The notes below the pieces were generated by a model. It worked only from the letters and a program-made list of their open reading frames with translations, was not told the origin of the DNA and made no database searches. Positions 36,693-42,830 of a stretch of 64,000 nucleotides of DNA are shown one piece after another; the first letter of the stretch is position 1, and every line of letters begins with the position of its first letter. The stretch is from positions 150,978 to 214,977 of the forward strand of contig JAMPAP010000002.1 in the NCBI GenBank assembly GCA_023667185.1. Direction: 5' to 3'. The stretch is from Lachnoclostridium sp. (GTDB taxonomy: Bacteria; Bacteroidota; Bacteroidia; Bacteroidales; Muribaculaceae). A program made the translations under genes and the position numbers.

Positions 36693-37744
36693 TGGATAAG
36701 GTATTTATAAGCTACCGCCGCGATACGGGGCAGGATATCGCCCGCGGCCTCAACGACCGTCTCACCCAGCGCGGCATCAAGACCTTCTTTGACCGTGAGA
36801 CGCTCCATAACGGCAAGTTTAACCAGCAACTGCTCGGCGCCATCCGCGAGTGCCGCGACTTCATACTTGTGTTCTCCAAGGGCGCCCTTGACCGCTGCGT
36901 CAACCCTGACGACTGGGTGCGCACCGAGATCGAGTGTGCTCTGAAGCTGCATAAAAACATTGTGATAGTCTACACCATCCAGCCGCTCGAATTTCCGGCC
37001 AATCTCCCCGCGTCGCTCAACGAGCTGAAGTTTTACCAGGGCGTGTATCTCAACCATGAGTATTACAACGAGAGCATTGACCGCATCATCAACCACCTCG
37101 AGACCGGGCGTCAGCTCCATCGCAGCCGCGTCTTGACATGGGGATGCGTGGCTCTGGCCATTATCGTGACTGCCGCGTGGATGTACTTCGGCCATGAAAA
37201 GAACGCTGACTCTCAGCCCGCTGCCGTAGAGGATAGCGTGGCAGTGGTTGAGGAAGAGCAGATTGTAGTGGAGCAGCCTTCAAAGAAGAAGTCTACCCCC
37301 GTGCAGCAAGCCCCCTCAAAGCCCGTCGAAAAGTCTACCCCGGCCGTGGAGGAAAAGTCTCAGCCCGCAGCTACCCAGCCTGTAACCACCCAGCCTGTCG
37401 CCACTCAACCCGTAGCAACTCAGCCGCAGACACCCCGCAAGAGCGACGTGGAGCAGCTTGCCGAACGAGCTGCCTCGGGTGATGCCGCCGCAGCCTGTCA
37501 GATGGGTCTGCGGTTCCTTAACGGCGATGGCGTGTCAAAAAATTTCAAGACCGCCTTTGCATATTTCAACCAGTCGGCCTCGGCCGGTAACATCGATGGT
37601 ATGTACTGGCTCGGATACTGCTATCGCATGGGGCGCGGCACTTCCAAGGATTTAAATAAAGCCAAGCAATTGTGGAAACGCGCTGCCTCGGCGGGAAATG
37701 CCCGTGCCGCCCACGACCTCGAAGAAATCGAATCATTAATGTAA
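36692..37744 (+). CDS. TIR domain - TM - Pro/Thr/Gln-rich linker - Sel1 (SLR) repeat protein
   Basis: TIR: VFISYRRDTGQDIARGLNDRLTQRGIKTFFDRETLHNGKF...FILVFSKGAL...DWVRTEIECAL, with the conserved Glu present. TM: VLTWGCVALAIIVTAAWMYFG. Sel1: AACQMGLRFLNGDGVSKNFKTAFAYFNQSASAGNIDGMYWLGYCYRMGRGTSKDLNKAKQLWKRAASAGN. Confidence 0.85.
   Translation: MDKVFISYRRDTGQDIARGLNDRLTQRGIKTFFDRETLHNGKFNQQLLGAIRECRDFILVFSKGALDRCVNPDDWVRTEIECALKLHKNIVIVYTIQPLEFPANLPASLNELKFYQGVYLNHEYYNESIDRIINHLETGRQLHRSRVLTWGCVALAIIVTAAWMYFGHEKNADSQPAAVEDSVAVVEEEQIVVEQPSKKKSTPVQQAPSKPVEKSTPAVEEKSQPAATQPVTTQPVATQPVATQPQTPRKSDVEQLAERAASGDAAAACQMGLRFLNGDGVSKNFKTAFAYFNQSASAGNIDGMYWLGYCYRMGRGTSKDLNKAKQLWKRAASAGNARAAHDLEEIESLM
37370..37429 (+). 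repeat. Four tandem 15-nt coding units (ATQPV TTQPV ATQPV ATQPQ) in the TIR-Sel1 linker
   Basis: The four units gctacccagcctgta, accacccagcctgtc, gccactcaacccgta and gcaactcagccgcag were read directly. Confidence 0.85.
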
Positions 37745-37762
37745 TAAATAATCTGTATTGTT

Positions 37763-38374
37763 ATGAAAAAAACTATCATTTTATCACTGGTCACCATTAT
37801 GACCTCGTTGCTTTGTCCGGCAGAAATGTCAGCCCAAGGTTTTTGGAAAAAGGTTCAGAAAGCCGGTAAAGACATCGAGAAGACACTGAATGGAGTGTCT
37901 GAGACCTTGAATTCTGTGTCAGACAACAGTACCACCACCGCCGGAACATCCAAGACCTACACTCCCGGCAGCGACGGCCGCCTCAGCACCTCGAGCGAAG
38001 CCGATGGAATAAAACTGAAAGTCAAGAGCTGTAATGTCGACGATGAAAACAACGCCGTCATAGTCTTCACCCTCACCAACAACCGCCCCGATGACTACAG
38101 AGGATGGTTCAGTAACAATAGCAGCGAGGCATATGATGACGAAGGTAACTTATATCAGGGAAGTGATATCATAAGTTATGCTCCGGGTAATGCGGTAGTA
38201 TATGATTATAATAGTGAGTTGAAGATACCGGCCGGCCTTACTACGAAATGGAAAATGCGTGTCCGCAGAGTTGATCCTGCCGCAACGATGCTTAAAAAGG
38301 TACGCGTTCGTCTTACAAATAATCAAAGCTTCTACATCTACAACCTCCCCATCACCCGCGAAGGCGACGAATAA
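37763..38374 (+). CDS. Secreted beta-rich protein, last co-directional gene of the cluster; no recognised family
   Basis: Signal peptide IILSLVTIMTSLLCPAEMSAQ. Membership of the cluster rests only on the 18-nt spacing from the previous gene. Confidence 0.6.
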   Translation: MKKTIILSLVTIMTSLLCPAEMSAQGFWKKVQKAGKDIEKTLNGVSETLNSVSDNSTTTAGTSKTYTPGSDGRLSTSSEADGIKLKVKSCNVDDENNAVIVFTLTNNRPDDYRGWFSNNSSEAYDDEGNLYQGSDIISYAPGNAVVYDYNSELKIPAGLTTKWKMRVRRVDPAATMLKKVRVRLTNNQSFYIYNLPITREGDE

Positions 38375-38608
38375 CCCCCTCCACCTGTAGTGCCGCTCAT
38401 CCCGATACTGCAAACAAGCCCGGAGAGCGATGCCCTGCATGACCATATACCCGCCAGGGTGCTATTCTTGTCTCAGGAAATTTCCTCTCGATGAGATATC
38501 TATAGCTGAGCAAAATGTTATGGAAAGAGCGCCTTTAGGTGCTCCACAATGGTAGGCCCGGGCGATTTTATGAGCCCGGGTACATAAGCAACATAATGTA
38601 AACGAGCT

Positions 38609-38665
38609 CTGTAGGAGCGAAACAATGACAACGGCATAGCCAATGAAATTGTTTCGCGCCTACAG
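38609..38665. repeat. 18-bp inverted repeat (ctgtaggagcgaaacaat / attgtttcgcgcctacag, 17 of 18 complementary) with a 21-nt spacer
   Basis: Read directly. It lies 80 nt upstream of the Rhs start codon, in the 371-nt gap after the cluster. Confidence 0.8.
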
Positions 38666-38708
38666 CAGTTATCGCACAAATCTAGCGATGTTAAAGATTG
38701 TGAAATTC

Positions 38709-38739
38709 TTGCTTCACAAGCCTTTTCTTTCTATATTTG
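38709..38739 (+). promoter_or_regulatory. Candidate promoter of the Rhs gene (TTG, 20 nt, TATATTTG)
   Basis: A TAnnTTTG match at 38732..38739 ends 6 nt before the ATG at 38746, implying a very short leader or none. Confidence 0.35.
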
Positions 38740-38745
38740 TGAATT

Positions 38746-40320
38746 ATGAGATGGCTTCTCTCCATACTGATGCTCGCATCGCTTTCAATCCTTGTCGCCA
38801 ATCCCCTCCCCGCCAACGATTTGCGCCGTTACGGTGGTAAAAATCCTTTTGAAAACGATTTGGTTGATGATCTCGAGCTTACCTACTCCGGAAATCAGTT
38901 GCAGAATGTAACCGATGCCGCCACTGACTTTCCTTACTCAGAGTCACTCGATTTCAGAGCCCGTAAACATACAATCTTTACACCCGGCGATAAAATAGCC
39001 ACGGTATTTGACCGTTATGACGGGATTGTAGCTGACTCACTTGTGTTGGAACCCTACATTCCTTTCAATTCCACTGATTTCTCTTATGATGCCAACGGCA
39101 ATGTATGCCGCGACTTCCATTCAGGCATCTCATCGATATCATACAATCCTTTAAACCTGCCACAGAAGGTCAACTATAGCGACGAGGAAATCATTGCAGC
39201 GCGACTGCCACTTGTTACCCAAATATCATACACTTATGATGCCCTTGGGAAGAAGCACTCCGTCAATGAATGTCGGAAACTGGGCAATCGTATCCTGTCA
39301 CAGGGTGACAAGATCAGTTATATCGGAGACTACATTGTAGTAAATGACACAATAGATCGTCTGATGACTCCTTACGGATACCTTCGCAATGGAGTGTTTC
39401 ATACATATCTGCGCGACTATCAGCAAAACATAGTATGCGTAGTGACACCCGATGACGTTATACAGACCAATATTTATTATCCCGACGGCCTGACCACATC
39501 CAACTCCACCGGCGTAGCAGCCAACACATTCAAGCATACCGGTAAAGAGCTCCTTCTCGGACATGGTTTGCCCAGATATGACTTCACAGCCCGATTCACA
39601 CAGCCCTCCACCGGAAATCACTTCCGGTCAATCGACCCCAACGCCGAAACCTATACAAAGTTATCACCTTACACCTTCTGTGCCGGTGACCCCATCAATA
39701 ATACCGACCCCTCCGGCCGAGATGTATTTATTTTATATTATAGCGAATGGGCTTGTCACCTTGCTATGTTGATTCAAAATAATGAAGGTAAATGGCAGTA
39801 TTATTCGATTAATGGTACTAAGTCTTATTATTCTTGGGGAAGTTCTGGGAGTGGTTCTCTTAATGGATCGTCCTCCGGCTTAAGTCATGATGATGTAGGT
39901 GTAGGTAATTGGGACAGTCCGGAGGAATTTCTGAATTCAGACTATAATTCTGAGGGAGACAAAGAAGATCCAAATATAAATCACTATGGCTATAATCAAG
40001 GATTATACATCCCAACCAGCCAGGAACAAGATCAACAAATGTCGGAAGACTTTAGGACACTTTCAGAAAAAACGAAATATAATGTATTTAATAACAACTG
40101 CGCAACAGCAGTTCAATTAGTATTACATAATGCAAAGATTCCTATAACGAGGACAGCAAGAAATAATCCTGATAATATGCATAGAATTGAAATCAATCAG
40201 AATATGAAAAGGGATAAGAGTTATAAAGAGTTACAATTTTTACCATATTGTGCATATACATCAATTAGACAAAATACTCTAAATCGCAGAACGATTTGGC
40301 GTAAGGGAAAAGGTCGATAA
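38746..40320 (+). CDS. Short Rhs/YD-repeat protein with an Rhs core end motif and a variable C-terminal toxin domain
   Basis: YD-type repeats FSYDANGNVCRD and YTYDALGKK. The core end is RYDFTARFTQPSTGNHFRSIDP...YTFCAGDPINNTDPSGR. The roughly 200 aa after DPSGR are encoded by markedly AT-rich DNA. Confidence 0.8.
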   Translation: MRWLLSILMLASLSILVANPLPANDLRRYGGKNPFENDLVDDLELTYSGNQLQNVTDAATDFPYSESLDFRARKHTIFTPGDKIATVFDRYDGIVADSLVLEPYIPFNSTDFSYDANGNVCRDFHSGISSISYNPLNLPQKVNYSDEEIIAARLPLVTQISYTYDALGKKHSVNECRKLGNRILSQGDKISYIGDYIVVNDTIDRLMTPYGYLRNGVFHTYLRDYQQNIVCVVTPDDVIQTNIYYPDGLTTSNSTGVAANTFKHTGKELLLGHGLPRYDFTARFTQPSTGNHFRSIDPNAETYTKLSPYTFCAGDPINNTDPSGRDVFILYYSEWACHLAMLIQNNEGKWQYYSINGTKSYYSWGSSGSGSLNGSSSGLSHDDVGVGNWDSPEEFLNSDYNSEGDKEDPNINHYGYNQGLYIPTSQEQDQQMSEDFRTLSEKTKYNVFNNNCATAVQLVLHNAKIPITRTARNNPDNMHRIEINQNMKRDKSYKELQFLPYCAYTSIRQNTLNRRTIWRKGKGR

Positions 40321-40337
40321 TTATTAACTATTTTACG

Positions 40338-40637
40338 ATGAAGATATTATCATGGCGAACGAAAGTGAGGCTGATAAAAGCTATACAGTTTTTATTGGTG
40401 GCAGCGCTGTTTGGATACGGTTTGTTCCTAATGATTATTTCTGCGATTTATCCGGCAAATTTTTCGTTGTTCAAGTATTTCTACGCGGCGCTATTGTTAT
40501 ATGGATTAATAAATCTGACATTATTTCGCGAAGCCGTTTCTTGGAAACGAACTATGAATATCATGCTGTTTTTGAGTCTGACGCCTGTGATTAATTATGT
40601 TATATTTGGGTTTCTTTGTGGATTGCTTTTTCATTAG
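40338..40637 (+). CDS. Small 3-TM membrane protein; candidate immunity protein 1
   Basis: It lies immediately downstream of the toxin tip and has the same AT-rich composition. Hydrophobic segments: FLLVAALFGYGLFLMIISAIY, YFYAALLLYGLINLTLF and IMLFLSLTPVINYVIFGFLCGLLF. Confidence 0.5.
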   Translation: MKILSWRTKVRLIKAIQFLLVAALFGYGLFLMIISAIYPANFSLFKYFYAALLLYGLINLTLFREAVSWKRTMNIMLFLSLTPVINYVIFGFLCGLLFH

Positions 40638-40639
40638 TC

Positions 40640-40945
40640 ATGAGACATACAGTAAAAGATTTGATAATCGGATGGCTGAAAACGATTGTGGCATTTGTGT
40701 TTATTGAAATTTTGGGATTGTTTCTCGCATTTCTTCCAGCAGTCTTTAATCAGTCTCCGCTTGTGTTATTATTTTCAGTTCCGGTGTTTTACGGTGCCAT
40801 TTATTTATTCAAGCAATATAGCAGGGATGAGCTTTCAAGTTTTATGCCCTCTCTATATCTTGATTGGGTAAGGTATATGATGATATTGATTTTTATTGCA
40901 GAGATAGTCATCGCAATATCGATGAGATTGATTTGGATAGATTAG
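40640..40945 (+). CDS. Small 3-TM membrane protein; candidate immunity protein 2 (or orphan immunity)
   Basis: ATG at 40640 (MRHTVKD), just after the previous stop; the ORF-track start at 40616 would overlap the previous gene. AT-rich and hydrophobic. Confidence 0.45.
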   Translation: MRHTVKDLIIGWLKTIVAFVFIEILGLFLAFLPAVFNQSPLVLLFSVPVFYGAIYLFKQYSRDELSSFMPSLYLDWVRYMMILIFIAEIVIAISMRLIWID

Positions 40946-40974
40946 TTCACGCACCTAAAGATGGGTGCGTGAAC
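40945..40974. terminator. 11-bp GC-rich hairpin (gttcacgcacc / ggtgcgtgaac) between convergent genes
   Basis: Perfect inverted repeat with an 8-nt loop between the stop at 40945 and the dxs-like stop at 41000. No clear U tract. Confidence 0.45.
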
Positions 40975-40999
40975 TAAGTGTGAGGGATGTTGTAAGGGG

Positions 41000-42754
41000 T
41001 CAGGAGAGGAGGGCGGAGATGTCGTCGGCGATCAGGGTGGGGGTGAGGTGGAGGTCGGTGGCCATTTGGCGCGGGTCGTAACGGTCAGCAAATTTCTTGT
41101 TTAGGCCGTAGCATTTGACTTCCACATCGGATGTGCCGTAGTAACGGGCGATCTTTTCACCATATCCGCCATCGAGGATGCCATCTTCGAGAGTTACCAC
41201 GAGGCGGTGATCGGCCTTGAAGCTGTCGAGCATCTCGGCATCGATGCCGCTGAGAAACCGCGGATTGACGAGCGTGGGGTTGAAGCCGCGGCACACGAGC
41301 TCTTTGGCGGCCTCTTCGCCGAGCTGGTAGAATGAGCCGGCGGCTATGATGGCCACGTCTTTTCCGTGGCGGGTGATGTCGTATTTGTTGAGGTCAGAGT
41401 AGTCAGCGGGGAAATGTTCGCCGGTGGTTATGACCCGTGTTCCCGGCACACGGATTGCTACGGGGTGATCCTTCTGAGCCATGGCCCAGTCGAGCATGGC
41501 GAGGTATTCCTCTTTGCAAGTAGGCGCCAGGTAGATGAATCCCGGGATGTTGCTTACGAGGGTGATGTCAAACCAGCCGAGGTGGGTGACGTCGGTCATG
41601 GCGTAAAGTGAGCCGTAGAAGATGTTGATCACGGCGGGGGTATTGTTGATGGCAATATCCTGAGAGAGCTGGTCATAAGCGCGCTGCAGGAATGAGCTGA
41701 CCACGCCGAAGCATGGGCGCACACCGCCGCGGGCGAGGCCCGAGGCGAGCGACACGGCTTCCTGCTCGGCGATACCTACATCAATGAACTGCGACCCGGC
41801 CTGATGGCGACGGTCGGGGGTGAAGCCGATGGAGCCCGGAGTGCCGGCCGTGATGACGGCTACATCCTCATGCTCCTTCATCATCTCGAGTATATGGGTG
41901 GCGAAGATATCGGAATAGTCCTCTTTCTCGCTGATATGTAGCGGATTGCCCGAAGGAATGTCAAACGGCGCTCCGAAGTGATATTGCTCCTTATGAGCTT
42001 CGGCCGGAGCATAGCCTTTGCCCTTCTGGGTGTTGATATGCACGAGCACCGGGTGATTCGTCCCCTTGACGGCGCGGAAAGCCTCTACGAGCGAAGTCAC
42101 GTCATTGCCGTAAGCCACATAGTGATACTCGAAGCCGAGAGCCTTGAAATAGTTGGGCTCAGCCTGCCCGTCAGTCTCGCGAAGCAGCAGGAGGTTGTCA
42201 TAAAGTCCTCCATGGTTTTCGGCTATCGACATATCGTTATCATTGACCACGACGATGAAATTAGAGCCGAGCTCGGCGGCATAGTCAAGACCCTCAAAGG
42301 CCTCGCCGCCGCTGAGGGCGCCGTCGCCTACTACGGCCACCACGTTCTCCGAGCCGTGACGCATATCGCGAGCCTTGGCCAGGCCGCCTGCGAGGCTGAC
42401 AGCGGTGGAGGTGTGGCCGATGGTGAAGATGTCATATTCGCTTTCGGCCGGATTAGTGAAGCCGGTGACGTCGTCGTAATGGGCAGGATCAGTGAATGCC
42501 TCCATTCTCCCGGTCAGCATCTTGTGGACGTAGGTCTGGTGAGATACGTCAAACACTATCTTATCCTTCGGGGTGTCAAACACATAGTGAAGCGCCACGG
42601 TGGCCTCCACCATGCCGAGGTTTGGCCCGATATGGCCTCCGTGGGCCGCCAATTTCTTAAGGAGGGTTTCACGAAGCCGGTCGCACAGCTCGGGGAGCTG
42701 CGATACTTTCAGGGCGCGCAGGTCTTTGGGCGAATGAATAGTATTCAAGTCCAT
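41000..42754 (-). CDS. dxs: 1-deoxy-D-xylulose-5-phosphate synthase-like transketolase-family enzyme (584 aa, shorter than canonical Dxs)
   Basis: GHIGPNLGMVEATVALHYVFDTPKDKIVFDVSHQTYVHKMLTGR parallels Dxs GH..S.LG.VELT.ALH..F....D..IWDVGHQ.Y.HK.LTGR. The ThDP motif is GDGALSGGEAFEGLD...NDN. Confidence 0.75.
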   Translation of the reverse strand: MDLNTIHSPKDLRALKVSQLPELCDRLRETLLKKLAAHGGHIGPNLGMVEATVALHYVFDTPKDKIVFDVSHQTYVHKMLTGRMEAFTDPAHYDDVTGFTNPAESEYDIFTIGHTSTAVSLAGGLAKARDMRHGSENVVAVVGDGALSGGEAFEGLDYAAELGSNFIVVVNDNDMSIAENHGGLYDNLLLLRETDGQAEPNYFKALGFEYHYVAYGNDVTSLVEAFRAVKGTNHPVLVHINTQKGKGYAPAEAHKEQYHFGAPFDIPSGNPLHISEKEDYSDIFATHILEMMKEHEDVAVITAGTPGSIGFTPDRRHQAGSQFIDVGIAEQEAVSLASGLARGGVRPCFGVVSSFLQRAYDQLSQDIAINNTPAVINIFYGSLYAMTDVTHLGWFDITLVSNIPGFIYLAPTCKEEYLAMLDWAMAQKDHPVAIRVPGTRVITTGEHFPADYSDLNKYDITRHGKDVAIIAAGSFYQLGEEAAKELVCRGFNPTLVNPRFLSGIDAEMLDSFKADHRLVVTLEDGILDGGYGEKIARYYGTSDVEVKCYGLNKKFADRYDPRQMATDLHLTPTLIADDISALLS

Positions 42755-42830
42755 AGGTCAGGATATAGTAAACGGGTTATGTAGGTTAAATTTTCACCTA
42801 TATAACCCGTTAAAATGGAAAAAGTTCAAA

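Noticed and set aside
6565-38374. The cluster could be a prophage, an ICE or a T6SS/T9SS/gliding locus.
   Set aside because: I saw no integrase, recombinase, terminase, capsid, tail, relaxase or tra motifs, and no Hcp/VgrG/TssBC-like or Gld/Spr/Por-like proteins. There is also no flanking tRNA and there are no direct repeats.
40352-40594. 80-aa alternate-frame ORF overlapping the first immunity candidate.
   Set aside because: The overlapping frame 40338..40637 gives three clean TM helices, whereas this frame gives no coherent features.
41000-42754. The dxs-like gene is about 40 aa shorter than canonical Dxs, so it might be truncated.
   Set aside because: The N- and C-terminal regions both look intact, and there is no frame disruption. 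As far as I recall, short Dxs-like paralogs are common in Bacteroidota, so I treat this as ordinary.
41978-42784. 268-aa ORF on the + strand opposite the dxs-like gene.
   Set aside because: It is entirely antisense to a gene with clear Dxs motifs. It has no recognisable motif and an Arg/Gly/His/Val-rich composition typical of the mirror frame of a GC-rich gene.
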